Shown here: in pieces, positions 23,201 through 33,668 of the stretch
How positions within the stretch are numbered: the first letter of the stretch is position 1
Layout of the letters: each line of letters begins with the position of its first letter
DNA from: Diplonema japonicum
Lineage: Eukaryota; Protista; Euglenozoa: Diplonemea
Length of the DNA stretch: 64,000 nucleotides
Reading direction: 5' to 3'
Assembly: GCA_964019335.1 (NCBI GenBank)
Contig: OZ025742.1
Span: forward strand, 316,444 to 380,443
Made by a program: the position numbers and the translations under genes
Notes under the pieces: model-generated
What the model was told of the DNA's origin: nothing
Database searches by the model: none
What the model saw: only the letters and a program-made list of their open reading frames with translations

Positions 23201-26158
23201 AAGGTCCATGGAGCAAGCACTGTGTCGGTTTCAGCGGTGGAAACGGTGACGGGGAAACATTTCACGGGCTCGGTTGGGTTCCGGGTGCCCTTGGAAATTC
23301 CTGTGGAACGCATAGGCAGCAACAACACGTGCGGGTATTACGACAATACAGCTCAAGAGTTCACGAACAAAGGCTGTACACTCACACCGCAGTCGGTGTG
23401 TGAATGCCATGACGTGCAAGGCAACCTTTTCCCTGTTCACGTGGCTGTGCTGGACTGGGAAAAAATTGCACCTGAGAAGACGGCGAACCCAACGCCCTCC
23501 CCAACACCAACTCCGACGGATCCAAAGGAAACTCAGAGCGCCAGTGTTGCCGCTCCTATTATATACCTCGCGGTGATAACGATCTTCGGGGCGCGAATCA
23601 TTTACGAAGGCATCCTTGACTACGGGAGACGACCCCGTTACAACCGGCACCCTGTGAGTGTGCAGTCGACTTTTAACAAGCTGACGGCGAAGAAATGCAG
23701 GAGGGGGCCTATGGTGTCGACGGACCCACTCGAGGTAGTGGAGTTTCTAGTGGCACGCCGCTTTGCGATCTCAGAAGGCGTTCCGAAAAATTACAAGCTC
23801 GGTTCGAATCTGGTCGACAACAATCTTTGGATGTATCTGCTGTGGACACGGGGTGGGTGGTTGCCCGTGTCTTCTCTTAGGTACACCAACATTTTGCAAT
23901 ACGAACGGGAGTGCGTTTTTCTGATATCTGTTTTGGTGTTCCCCTTTTGGTGTGCTTTTCTACTGACAATCACCGGTTCGAATCGGGATGGGGATTACTC
24001 TTTCGGGACTGCGCTTGAGACAGCATGCTTAGGTGTCGTGTCGAACAGTGCTGTGTCTGCTGTGTTGATACGAATGATCGAAAAGGTCCCGTCCCCGCAG
24101 GAAGAGATCGAAGAGCTTCCGTCACCGTCGCCATCACCGCCGGCAAGGCGTAGCAGGGTGTCGTTCTTCGGGAAGAAAACGAGGAGGGCGAGCAACCTCT
24201 CTTCCGTCAAAACAAATTCCTTCGCGCTGACAACGAACGAGCTGGAATATGTTTTATACGACGAGGCAAAAGACGGCCGGCTGCACACAGCAACCGCAGT
24301 ACACCTCTGCAAAAACCTGCTGTGCCAAGGCTTATACGGCGTTCTAGAAGAGAACGCTTCCCTTCCTTTGGACTTCTACGCCATTGACGTCCGCAAGTCT
24401 GTCGAGCATGTGAAGGATATCTTCTCAAAAGCATTGGATGCAACATCAACAACCCCCGACACAGGGTACAGTACAGATATAGACGCGCTGTGGGACGCGG
24501 AACTGAATAGGTCCCCTCTGTTAATGGCTGGAGCAGAGGCAGCGAAAATGCACCTTTTTAAACACTCCGCGGCGCTCTTCCATCTCGGCATCCTTGCAGA
24601 AAACCCGGATCTATTCTCTGTTCTGAACTTTCAGATCCCCCCGAACAGCCCTGAGAAGCTATGTCATGCCGTGGTGAACAATGCCTTCAGCGTCGGCATT
24701 CTTTTCTGCAAAGAATTCTGCATGACAGGTTCGATGTCGATGCCGTTCGACGTTTTCCAATCTGCGTATGAAGCAAGCGCCGAGATGTGCACTAGCGAAC
24801 TTCTCAGCATCTCTATGATCGGGTTGGGAGCGTCTTGGAGGGAATGGGCATGGCCGGGCGGGATACCATACCCGCAAGTTGAAGAAACAAAACAAGAAGG
24901 CTACACACAAAGCATGCTGGAGGTACAGCTTCTAACCAGGAACAAACTTGCGATCGCCCATGCCCTGCGGTACACGCGAACACCCGAGTACATGTGTGAA
25001 GAAATAACGGAACCAAGCCAATCCGACGGGGTTCTCCGTGGGGTGTACCAACCCCCAGCAACACCTATCCCGTTGGAGATCGCGAAGCTGATATTACTAT
25101 TATTAACACCTCAGGACGATCGGGCTGAATGCGCAGACCTCTTGCTTCAACAACAAGGCGATGCAGTCAAAGCATCACAGCAGGTGGACATAGTCAAACC
25201 ATTACTAGATCCTGTCGAGGTCCAACCGTTCACCCGCAATGAATGGTTGGCGTACTATTTGAACTTCCGGTTAAACGGTGTCCGCGGTGCTGTATATGTG
25301 ACAACGTCTACGGGTGACTATGCAAGCGCCTCGCTTCCATTCTACGGTCTGGCACAGAGATCGACGTCACATGGTGTTCGGAATGGTTCTGGGACACGGC
25401 AGAATCCTTTTTACGGGCTCAACGCATGCTTGAAGGATCTCAGAGAAGGCGACATGGTGCTACTGTTGCCAGGGGTGTACCCTCCCTTTGAGATTCCCAC
25501 CGCAGTACCAATGGAAGACGCAACGAAAATAACATTCGCGCTGGAGATCCTACCTGAAGGATGGCTGCACAAAGGTGTGAAGCACAGAACGGTTACCATC
25601 ACCGCCGAAGGATGTCAAGGAAGAGGGATACAAATAGTACATTCAACTAACGTCATTCTTCGCGGGTTGAGGATTTCCTTCTGTAAGCTTGCCATCGATG
25701 CGAGGCTGTCGACGGGGGTGCGGGTAGAAGACTGTACTTCATGGAACTGCGACGACACATTACGCAGGGCACCACGTGATGCGACAGAGGGCCAGGTTTC
25801 CTTGTGTGGGTTAAAATCCATCCGATCCCTTCGGGTTGCGGTGGCTTTTGTGCTTGTTGTTACATCCTTATTGTTAGTTATGACAACGACACACCTGGTG
25901 CTTGACCTGGCGCTTGTTCCAACTGTGTATTGGATAATAAATAGTGTTGCGGCGTTGGGTCTAGACGTCCTTTTCTTCCGTCCTGTGATCTCGCTGTGTG
26001 CAGTGGCGTGGAACATTGTCACCGGTTGCGGTGGTGGTGCACAGGATGGGTTCGATTCCACCCCGATCAACACTTTAACCCAGTATGGGCCCACATCTCC
26101 TGATGAAAACTTCATCGATAACTTGGACACCCCCGTCGACATGCTTGAGGTAATGTAA
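17294..26158 (+). CDS. Giant polycystin-1/REJ-like multi-pass membrane receptor, 2954 aa
   Basis: Signal peptide; LamG-like (WHHIAVAF...IYIDG...VDNFRFYN); EGF/laminin repeats (CSSRGHC, CNGHGSC, CGNGQC); REJ-like (PTIVGPSSVAEC, YSFKW, GW...LEYRF); GPS-like CGYYD...GC...CEC; several TM segments; beta-helix motif near C-term. Confidence 0.8.
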   Translation: MNILPVLLLTLSSLEIEYLFDDGDSFASLFNTAGGTHQGNLTKTGPDNGVQPCGSHPKAWGYGAAEAAHASPGPMWSGRWEVEWWDGWVLEGWVRSSGGKTILLTTNGSFFETSGCAISIQGDRVMFENFGQIVTETQSFTTTESQTGSIPVNDTLFRSDNLSAVVRNLTNNTATLTATPTTMPLVVFQDNNDTYPATSTETLGRQNYITLSVWHHIAVAFCEQDSQVVIYIDGTVREVVPVPRGTPRCDFTSGDVGVLIPSSAGWGVDNFRFYNSYLSEDNVSALYTDAYQPKAGIVSGTQEVFASLSLTFSVHPFHGQGVSVVFAGKNCLEPLSEPYHFGNGSVSIPTAVVVPLRETLFGQFCLSYDGGFRYHRVSGYIATFSKAQTTEYRFERTAEYLWFFFEGTGLCSMPNVDRAKLVEIPSETPPVLATYGGNLTALTQRLDFYCGNNNGVLETADLLPGDERALQTTSARLTPLNGLGGDFIVCYKNDGGTGVSTWTAVGRYLEIPEGHGTTGWITLIGAGQQFYQDNEYSIGCALSAAMPAYGLGCASVEWLYPPLGWLHSVMSLRFVNVNASSVVSLPGAFLQKALSVNLSSSVGFAGNFTEKGYIGLPTDIQYEHPRLWSLTKYFVEVFKPAGAEPTSGRDALRFVFGGETDVNDACNTGTVQVDFVPYSGTETHRRFEVVFPPKLPGTATVCYGQPGDPSGYRQITPTVNSHLSVIASISNYSLNPYPPFVNQTFVLVVLGQNIFGVNDTVYLTKTRCESTNIIDDHLYPFPAIETQYDSYGVSIGRSAVFEVPSGYKKDILKVCYNPGPGYTGVGVAAVTNLWEPIWVTNKPEVLSINLGGALDLSMVGNGEVAVHTVFEIGLLDRFGAPVENIGARCVISVTSASVWIDPPPSNFVPVLSGTTAMFTTQRSPGMCDFSGLFGASLGMFGTADILVEVTLTDYTLLSTSVPVFIAQPCDPVTTCSSRGHCSINGTCICHTNYVTGSWEGASCEQCRYGYYGQSCNIYCDHATCNGHGSCSTMGDCICDVSFRGPSCGICRQNFQLPDCLLCMAGHYGSDCMTRGCVAGGCGNGQCSTEGACLCSDGWMGTTCQTQIAPVKCDDMMLTRAAISRDKKTIEIAFLEAVATATHVGRTGCWEYMHNMTSETCWWSDEQTLVLDNNANRFTTGDVLRVVQGGAVDYHGCTTTKTANVTIISAGTAPTVTPTIVGPSSVAECSGAAFYADVRSGDGSLPDTTVTWSFAVETGVLSPSAHLARLASTTTTNMLQVPADYMTPGRYKIILSVRDAWGTVYTASLTVLKRNTRDDTAGSYPGLWVGVTSIIQSITSDPFVLSGMMAIPGCIYPNGIMGPATQLYSFKWTVVDSLQRTVDMRLLYDLTFRPVAVLEAPPGFFSPLFSPYAISLEAQSMSSAKAKEAVQSKLIVSAGKLGMALSGVGRQHQLPSNETLSALCWDPETEFSGPTVRVPSSKTTMMWGCRKGKRRSNPGDACELFPGLLTRREIGLAATAPPGVYHVVVECTKTWISDVVPLMRSEIRSGYIEVVPSPTSRSAAPLQARQTEVELAIVQNPYPYSSLLAFIPVLNGLHSISDTWWTCEGLCPTSLSSLASGTRYVFTVTYELSPWYPVDANQTVVHILYAEVVTTQKITIGKVSLIDARPIAASLTVIRAVTYGWGQPAGGLEYRFEAEITGKLRYVVSDWSVETGVEIRVPYVSSLETFTITVTARDIWGTKETVTTGVPVFNKENAGLDVILERMKQDRMHHPVSMVGLVDLSIYMSASGVGNGEAEKLGFFLSNFPRTGLGRTRTGRLQAVFGLKVFIEAKCLDYTPTFDETMHVAGIMLEVTQGSSLEIDPETSRNILTIFEWLAPLLTEYNATGEATLTDLIHTVTHAAGNFSPAGTNNFSICETSPSGQLTGLYHSTNPATFTPLYVNPVPHGLATVCRFIWGYDVLHWTNGVVKVHGASTVSVSAVETVTGKHFTGSVGFRVPLEIPVERIGSNNTCGYYDNTAQEFTNKGCTLTPQSVCECHDVQGNLFPVHVAVLDWEKIAPEKTANPTPSPTPTPTDPKETQSASVAAPIIYLAVITIFGARIIYEGILDYGRRPRYNRHPVSVQSTFNKLTAKKCRRGPMVSTDPLEVVEFLVARRFAISEGVPKNYKLGSNLVDNNLWMYLLWTRGGWLPVSSLRYTNILQYERECVFLISVLVFPFWCAFLLTITGSNRDGDYSFGTALETACLGVVSNSAVSAVLIRMIEKVPSPQEEIEELPSPSPSPPARRSRVSFFGKKTRRASNLSSVKTNSFALTTNELEYVLYDEAKDGRLHTATAVHLCKNLLCQGLYGVLEENASLPLDFYAIDVRKSVEHVKDIFSKALDATSTTPDTGYSTDIDALWDAELNRSPLLMAGAEAAKMHLFKHSAALFHLGILAENPDLFSVLNFQIPPNSPEKLCHAVVNNAFSVGILFCKEFCMTGSMSMPFDVFQSAYEASAEMCTSELLSISMIGLGASWREWAWPGGIPYPQVEETKQEGYTQSMLEVQLLTRNKLAIAHALRYTRTPEYMCEEITEPSQSDGVLRGVYQPPATPIPLEIAKLILLLLTPQDDRAECADLLLQQQGDAVKASQQVDIVKPLLDPVEVQPFTRNEWLAYYLNFRLNGVRGAVYVTTSTGDYASASLPFYGLAQRSTSHGVRNGSGTRQNPFYGLNACLKDLREGDMVLLLPGVYPPFEIPTAVPMEDATKITFALEILPEGWLHKGVKHRTVTITAEGCQGRGIQIVHSTNVILRGLRISFCKLAIDARLSTGVRVEDCTSWNCDDTLRRAPRDATEGQVSLCGLKSIRSLRVAVAFVLVVTSLLLVMTTTHLVLDLALVPTVYWIINSVAALGLDVLFFRPVISLCAVAWNIVTGCGGGAQDGFDSTPINTLTQYGPTSPDENFIDNLDTPVDMLEVM

Positions 26159-26363
26159 TGTTATGGAAGGTCTTCCGACCTTTCGGCCTTTTTTTTTTTT
26201 TTTTTTACTTTTTTTTTTCTCCCCCCCCCATCATCCGCCCTCTTTAATTATCAACATTTCACACAGGTTTTTTTTTTTTTTTTTTTTTTTCCCCTCCCAC
26301 AACCGCATCTTACATATATATATATTTGTTTTTTTTTTTTTTCTTCTTCCACATACCTTTTAC

Positions 26364-26960
26364 ATGTCAACTGGTACCAGCGCTAACCAGCTTCCTTTGG
26401 AATTATGGCAGCTTGCCGGGCAGTTTATTGGGGTAAACCATCTTCAGCAGTGGAGGGGGGTGTCAAAAAAAGCGCGAGACATGGCACCTGAGTTCAAGAT
26501 CATCCACGTGGTAGTAAGGGGGTGGGCAGAGATACGGGGGAAACACGGAAAATCCGTTCTTTTTAAAGAACGAAAAGGGCAGGTTACCATCGCGAACTAC
26601 TGCACTTTGGAAGATGTTTTGAAGCAGGCAAAGATGATGTGGCCGATGTGGGACTTACGGGGGCATGAAATCCATCCAGTTACCCCTCAGGGGACAGTGG
26701 TGTCTAAATACCCATCCACAACCCCACTCTTCTCCCTGAAAGATTTCAAGGAGCTGATTTTAGTACCCCCGACGGCGACCACCAAGATTTTGGTCACTCC
26801 TTCAACTCTTCTTCCTTACACCACCGCTCCTGAAGCCACGGTAAGTGATCTTCTTCAGAAAGCAGGTACTTTTCGAGGGGTCTCACTAACTCTCCATGGA
26901 GACCCGTTATCCGTGGAGTCTGCTCTCCCCCGACAAAACTTCCTCTATGCTGTAGCATAA
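26364..26960 (+). CDS. F-box-like protein
   Basis: LPLELWQLAGQFIGVNHLQQWRGVSKK fits the F-box pattern; the upstream part of the track ORF is poly-T, so start moved to ATG 26364. Confidence 0.55.
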   Translation: MSTGTSANQLPLELWQLAGQFIGVNHLQQWRGVSKKARDMAPEFKIIHVVVRGWAEIRGKHGKSVLFKERKGQVTIANYCTLEDVLKQAKMMWPMWDLRGHEIHPVTPQGTVVSKYPSTTPLFSLKDFKELILVPPTATTKILVTPSTLLPYTTAPEATVSDLLQKAGTFRGVSLTLHGDPLSVESALPRQNFLYAVA

Positions 26961-26976
26961 AATATTTGTGTCATAA

Positions 26977-27020
<44 letters not shown>

Positions 27021-29116
27021 TTCTATTCCCTCCGTTCACGATGGGCTGTGAGGCTTTTTTTTTTTTTTGGTTTCGTCATTTTTTTTTTTTTAATGTGTGT
27101 TTTTTTATTATTATTTTTTTTTCTTTATTTCTCGCTTCTTCTTCTTTTTTTTTTTCTTCCCTTCTTTTTCTTCTTTTTCTCTCTCTCTTTTTTTTTTTTT
27201 TTTTTTTTTTTTATATTTTTACTTCTCTCCGCAGCTTTAACATCTCATAAAGCATGCACAATGGAGGGAGGTCAATTTAAAAAAAAAAAAAAAAAAAAAA
27301 AAAGAAAAAGAAAAAAAGGAAGGAGGAAGAAAAATAATGAAGAAGGAGTGTGGGAAAAAAAAAAAGAGAAAAAAAAAGCTTGATCCGCCCCATTTTCTCA
27401 AATGGGCTGGTGTGGTGCTTATTCATTTTTTGAAGAAGAGGAATGCACCACCTTTCGAGGGCATAGATCCTGTTGGTGTGCATCTTGCTTCTTTGGTTTA
27501 AAAAAAAAAATGTGTGGTCAGCCTTCGCTGGGTTGCCCTTCTAATTTCTTTTAACTTGGGCTTTTACCTCATTCTGGAAAAAAAAAAAAAAAAAAAAGAA
27601 AAAAGAAAAAAAAAAAAAGGAAAAGAGAAATAAAAGAAAGAAGAAACTATACTGCATTTGCTTTTCTCGACTTTCTTTTTGTTCTCACTTCTGCTCCTTC
27701 TAACTCTGTCCCTCTCTCCTCCCTTTTTCTTCCCTCTTTCTTCTTCAATGGATCATGTATTTATGGTTTTTATTTTTTCACTTTTTTTTTTTTTTTTTTT
27801 TTTTTTTTTCCATTCATTTTTTTTCTTTTTGGAATTCCATGGCAAAACAAAAAAAAAAAAGAGAGAGATCGAACAAATAACGACAACTTACATATAATTA
27901 GCATGGAAGTTTTAATATTTTTTTTATTTCTTCTCCTCCACTGTCTAGCTTGGGGAGAAGGTCAAGAAAAAGAAAGAAAGAGGGGGGGGGGGGGGGACTC
28001 TAAGGTCAATAAGAATGTAGCTGGGTGAAAGAGAAAGGAATACGGGATAGGGGGGAAGAGAGACGGAGCGAACAGTGAAAAAATCATACACAGGGAAAGA
28101 GACCGCCGTGGAACCAAAGGAAGGCAGCAAATACGAATTTAAAAAGCAAACAGTTTTCCCCACTGGTTCGGACTCCCTTGTGAAAGGGGTTTTTTTTTTC
28201 TTGTTCCTCCTTTTTTTTTCTTCCCCCTCCCCCCTTTTCGTTTGAGCCTACCATACTTCTTTGAGTACAGTTCGGTGTCCCCCAGTTTCTTCCCCACCCC
28301 TTTTCACTTACACACAAAAAAAAAAAAAGAAAAAGAAAAAAAGAAAAGAAAGAAAATTTAACTAAAAAAAAAGGGGGGGGAGAAGGTCTCCACCATCAGG
28401 ATAAACCTGGTTTGCCAACTTTTTTTATATTTCTTCTTCTTCTTTTTTTTCTATAAACAGCTAGAAAGAAGGGGGGGGGGGGGGTTTCCTTAGGGGGGGT
28501 GGAGAAAAAAAATAAAAGAAGAAAAAAAAGGAAACAAAAAATTATTTTATGAGCATTTTTGTTTTTCGTCTACTTCCAGTCCTCTCGCGAAGTGTGGTGC
28601 CCACTGTTTGGTGCCGTGGTCGGGCTTCAAGAGAAAAGGCCTGGGGGCAGAAGAATAAAAAGTGCTTTTTTTTTTGTACTAATAAAACAAAGAAGAGAGG
28701 CTAAAGGCCCCTTTTCGTCTAGACTACCCCCCCTTTTTTTCTTGCTAATTTCCACTCTTGCGAAGAAACCATTTGCAGTAAACTATATTTCCACCCCCTT
28801 TTTTTTAATTGTACCGGTACTTCCTTATAAAAAAAAAGATTTTTTTTTGTTGTATTAAACAAAGTACGGCTGCAGCTTCGGAAAAGAACAACAACGAAAA
28901 AAAAAAAAAAAAGAAAAAAAAATAACAGTTTCTTTCTAATCTCTTCTTGACATCTGTTCTGGTCCTCTTTACTCCCGTTTCCCCTCCTTTTTTTTCTTTC
29001 TTTTTTTTTCTTGCCTTTTTTTTTTTTTACTCCCCTCCATTCTTTCGATGCAAAAAAAAAAAAAAAAAACCCCAGCAAAAAAAAATACACAAAAAAAAAA
29101 AAAAAAAAAAAAAAAA

Positions 29117-30280
29117 ATGCCAAAGCGGAAAGCGAGCGTTCTCCAAGACAGGACAAACACCACACCAGCAACATCAAAACACAATGTGGCAAGTGGGGCC
29201 AAACCGCATTGGACGGAATACCGGCCCACAAGGCTCGTAGACTTCTGCTTCGAGGATGCAAAGGGGAGGGAAAGAGTGGCTGCCCTCCCCGCCAGCTACA
29301 AGGAGGCAAAGTATATGGGAAGCGGTGCCTTTGGTACCGTGCTGACCGCAGAGACAAACGACAACAAGCGCATCGTGGTAAAGATGATAGAATGCGACAC
29401 AGAAATTCAAATAGAGAGTGCGATTAGAGAGCTGCATAATCTGTGCTTCTTCACCTTCGAGGCCCCCCACAACCACATCATTCCCTTTGTGGACACATGG
29501 TTTGCAAACAATTCACTTTTCGTCTCGCTTCCTCGGTTCGAATTCCCGCTGGACGTCGTTTTAGAAAAAAAAATTGAAAAACCACTGGCGTGTATTCCAG
29601 GGAAAATAAGAGAAGATCTCACAGTACAACTCCTGGCGGCGGTTATCCACCTCCATCAGCTGGGAATTGTACACCGTGACTTAAAACCGAGCAACGTTGT
29701 TGTGAACAAGGATTTATCAGAATTGTGCGTAATCGACTTGGGGAGCTTGAGAAAACCTAGCGTTGCAGGTGAACAAGGTCCGCCGTTAACTCCCGCGAAA
29801 AATTGCATGACAGAGGGGTACTTCCCTCCTGAAACACTTGTTGGCGTTGAAAAATCTTATGGCAGGGAAGCTGACAACTTTGCTGTCGGGCTGACTCTTG
29901 CATCAATGATAACTGGGGGTGAAATATTTGAAGACAACGAGAAGGTTGAGGACAAGCTTGACTCGCTGAAGCTGGAAAAGAAACGGAGAGCTTTTGTTCG
30001 ATCCCTGTTCCACGGCATCAGAGGTATTCCCGACAGGGAGATTGACTGCATAACTAGTCTCCTTGCAGCTCACCCGGCGGCTCGAGCTACATCTGTTCAA
30101 GTTTTTAGAAAACTCACGGGGTCAGACACCCCACCCCCACCTGATGTATTTTACGACGAACCACAATATGAAATGGGCGACGAAAACAAGATGCTTGACA
30201 CCCTCAAGCAAAAAGTTGCAAAGGCACGTAGTAAGTTGAAGCAACGGGAAAGGGAGAACAGTTTGATAAGACGAGGCTGA
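29117..30280 (+). CDS. Ser/Thr protein kinase (divergent CMGC/MAPK-like)
   Basis: GSGAFG, VVK, IRE, HRDLKPSN, DLG, GYFPPE, DNFAVG; ATG follows a poly-A tract. Confidence 0.9.
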   Translation: MPKRKASVLQDRTNTTPATSKHNVASGAKPHWTEYRPTRLVDFCFEDAKGRERVAALPASYKEAKYMGSGAFGTVLTAETNDNKRIVVKMIECDTEIQIESAIRELHNLCFFTFEAPHNHIIPFVDTWFANNSLFVSLPRFEFPLDVVLEKKIEKPLACIPGKIREDLTVQLLAAVIHLHQLGIVHRDLKPSNVVVNKDLSELCVIDLGSLRKPSVAGEQGPPLTPAKNCMTEGYFPPETLVGVEKSYGREADNFAVGLTLASMITGGEIFEDNEKVEDKLDSLKLEKKRRAFVRSLFHGIRGIPDREIDCITSLLAAHPAARATSVQVFRKLTGSDTPPPPDVFYDEPQYEMGDENKMLDTLKQKVAKARSKLKQRERENSLIRRG

Positions 30281-30506
30281 GATTCTCTCTCTTCCCCCCC
30301 CCCCCCCCCCCCTTTCTTCCCTGCCCAACAGGATAGTAGTCCTGTAGGTTGATTTTTCTGCCCTCATTAGATTTGAGTTTTTTTTTTTTTGTATCTCCAT
30401 TCCCCCCGCGCCTTTAGATTTTGCATTTTTTTTTTCTTTGTGGTGTTTTTTTTTTTTTTTTTTTTTTTTTTTATTATTATTACCGGATTCGTATTTATAT
30501 TGTTAT

Positions 30507-32147
30507 CCCCTAAACGCCCGGGGCCTATCTACGGTACCCCCCCATTTTCGTTGTTGCTTTAAATACTCAAAAAAAGGGCAGCATGCAACCATAGGAAGGT
30601 GCAAGGAAAGGGTAAACGGTACTAAAATTTTCAATTCCAGGTGCCAGATTCAGATGAGAACACTTAACTATGTGTGTAAGAGGGGGGTTGAGGGTGTACT
30701 TTTTATGTCCGATTTTGGGGGGTCTAGTCGTGGGGGTCCGTGGAGTTATGGCTGGGCTAAAAAGGGCAGCATTCAGCCCTATTTGGTGCCCTGAACTCTA
30801 GGATTGAGGTCAGTCTGGAGACTTTTTGGGGCTGTGAGATGAAAATGTGGGATGAAAAAAGCAACTTGTGAGTTTTTTTTCCAGCTGGGGTAGCATGCAA
30901 GGGTAAAAAACACGTTTTGCATAAGGGGGTTTTGCAACAGGGGCACCACGTTTGCACCTTCTTCCCCCCAGGTACAACATAGAGCACCCTCCTCACCTTC
31001 GTTCCGTTCATCATGGTCTCGGAGGTGTGATTTAGGGTCAAATCGAGACGTTTTGGGTATTTCTGAGTGAGGGAATCCTCATTGCTAGCGTGTTTGCGCT
31101 TGGGGGTCGGTGACGGTGTTGTCGGGGGTGTGTGCTATCGGTTTTTGGGGCATGGGTGAGAAGCTTGCCAACAAGTTCTTCTTTAAAGTTCGAGAAGCCA
31201 TAATTTGTGCCACATTCCCTGTTCTCCTTCCAGATTATGAAGGAGTTGGCAACACAGCTTTCCAGGACCCAATAAAAAACGGCCATGGTCCACTTACGGG
31301 TTTTCATATGCCGAACCCCGATCCCCTGGAGCTGGTCATGCCGGTCGACCCCCCCCATGTTGTTGTTGTAATCAATAACCTGGTAGGGACATTCCACCTT
31401 CCTGGTCTTCCACTTCCCCTTCTCCTTCTTCGAGCGTTCGACGCTCGTGTTTTCCCCCAGAGGCAAGGTGGACATGAAGAACACCTCGCGTGAGTCCATC
31501 CACCGGATGAGGTGCACCGGACCCTGCTGCAGCATCATCCACTGCCCCTCCCTGAGCTGCAGCTGCTTCTGCGCCTTTGTCATCCTCCCTGGCGTGTTCC
31601 TTTTCGGGCTGCGGAAGGAAGCCGGAATGCTCCGGCAGTTCCTCCTGCAGGTCGAGCAGGAGTGCATCTTGTTTTCGTATAGCTTCTGATGGAGCCCCAG
31701 GGAACAGAAGAAGTTGTCGAAGGCGATACTACGGTGGGTTCCCAGCCAGGGGTCGACAGCACACATGACTAGGTCCTGTGTTGTGGACTTCTTGCTGCAA
31801 ATGTTGAAATTCGCCAGGTAACCGTTTGTTGAGTCGCATGTAGCGATTACCTTGATGCCCACCGAGTTGTTTTTTCGTGGTGCCATGACTTTCATTGTTG
31901 TCCGCCCATCAAAGGGGATAACACTGTCGTCAACAGACAACCACTTGCCAGGGGTCCGCACAGTCCTACACCGGTTGACAATGATGTCAAGAAACCTGCG
32001 CATGAGGAGCAGTTTGTCTTCAGAGTCCTTACTGACGTTTTCTATGTTGTCAAAGGCGATGTGACGCTGGATGTCGACAAATCTGTTTCTGCCCATAGCT
32101 TTAAACGCCGGGATCGCTAAATTAACGTCCGCGCGGGCGTTTAGGGG
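30507..32147 (-). mobile_element. piggyBac transposon, internally deleted, 13-bp TIRs, TTAT target duplication
   Basis: TIR cccctaaacgccc (30507-30519) / gggcgtttagggg (32135-32147); TTAT on both sides (30503-06, 32148-51). Confidence 0.9.
30757..32096 (-). pseudogene. piggyBac (PGBD) transposase, N-terminally deleted, frameshifted before Cys-rich tail
   Basis: MGRNRF, SVDDSVIPFDGR, FDNFF, YNNNMGGVDRHDQ, KWTMAVFYW; WCPCCKTPLCKTCF in the next frame. Confidence 0.85.
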
Positions 32148-32330
32148 TTATGTGAAAAGTCCCAAATTGGGCAAAAAAATCGAAAAAAAGTATATAATAT
32201 TTACACAACAGAACATAAAATTTACAAAAATAAAAAAATCCCAGAAAATATCCCCAAAAATAAAGAATCCCGAGACAAAAACAAAATACCCCCGGGGGGG
32301 GGGGGGGGGTATTACTGCAATTCTAGTTCA

Positions 32331-33346
32331 CTATTGCCTAGTCCTGCATGTAAAGCACACCACATAGTCGCAGGACGGGCAGACCCTCCCGCGAGTGCTC
32401 ATGTCATGCTCACCAGAGCATTCTGTGCACTCCCATCCTGATCTCTCCTTTCTAACCTGCTTGAGGGTTGTGCTGCAGTTGGGGCAGGGCACCCTCGTCA
32501 CGTTGTTCGTTCGCTGGCTTGGGGTCACCTGGCTTGGTGCCGCTGCTTGGCTTGGGGCTGAGGCTTCTTGGTCAGGCATTTCTTCTTCTTCTTCTTCTTC
32601 TTCTTCTTCTTCTGCTTCTTCGTCAGAAGAAGGCGCATCAGAAATGGAAAGGAAAGCACAAGGTGGTGTGTCACAATTAAAGACCAACGACCGAGGTATA
32701 TTGTGTCCCACCATCGCGGCACCCACCTTCTCACGGAGGTGACGCCGTTGATCGGCGATCTCATCTACAGCAACAACGGGCGGAGGTGGGCCGCCTGAGG
32801 CACAGGTTGTTCTTCTCACACCACCCGCGCGCCCACTCGTAGCCCAGGTCGTCGTCCGTGAGCTGCTGGCAGGAGATTGCAAGCCCTTGGGCGAGGCTTG
32901 AAACCCTGCGGTAGCTCAACGGGGCGCCGGCCTGTATCTGCTCCTTCACTGTTTCCCACGGAGCAGCCTGTCTGTCTCACTTCTGAGGGTGGGCGGGCGA
33001 CCGGCCGTTCTTTTCGGTGCAGACTCTTCCTCCCACCCCCACCATGGGCTATCTCGCGGGATCGCTTGCGTAGCTTAGCTGCGACGTCCTGTTTCGCCCG
33101 GTCAGCAACCGGCTTCGAGGCAGTCTTGTTGGGGTGCTTCTCGTTCCATTTCCGCGTTCCGGCTGAAGCTCACCCAGCTCCTCCTTCTGCCCCCGTCCAC
33201 TTCTTGTTCTTTCGGGCAGGCTGGGGTTCCTCCAAGCGGGACATCACTTCCTCCACTGCCTGCCTGGCGGCTGGGGAGAGAGGAGCCTGTTGAAGCCCCT
33301 GCAATGCGTACCGATCACGGGCAGTCAAGAAGCCATAGAGCGACAT
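32331..33346 (-). pseudogene. Degenerate pogo/Tigger (CENP-B-like) transposase with Cys-rich C-terminus
   Basis: Fragments WARGWCEKNNLCLRRPT (CENP-B HTH end) and NIPRSLVFNCD (start of DDE_1), acidic run, CPNC..WECTEC..CPSCDYVVCFTC; stops and frameshifts; no TIRs found. Confidence 0.5.
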
Positions 33347-33668
33347 GTTTATTCGGGTTGGATTCTTTTAAATGATTATTTATGTTGGAACTGCTTTAAG
33401 GTAAATAAGTAGGAAACCGTGACTTTGATTTTAGTGGGGCCTGTCCTGTGGGGGGGGGGGGGGGGGGGGGGGAGAAGCCAAAAATAATAAAAATAATTTT
33501 TTGTATTGTTCTGTAAAAAGTCCCAAGTTGGTTCAAAATCCGAAAAAAAGTACATAATTTATACAGCACACCAAATCCCAGACCATTGTTAAAGCTGAAC
33601 AACATAAATACAAATCCGGTATTATTATTAGTGGTGGGGATAACATGAAAATATAAGAAAAACATCAG

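Noticed and set aside
29117-29160. Destruction-box-like RKASVLQDRTN in the kinase N-terminus
   Set aside because: Spacing does not fit RxxL, and a short motif is not supportable alone.
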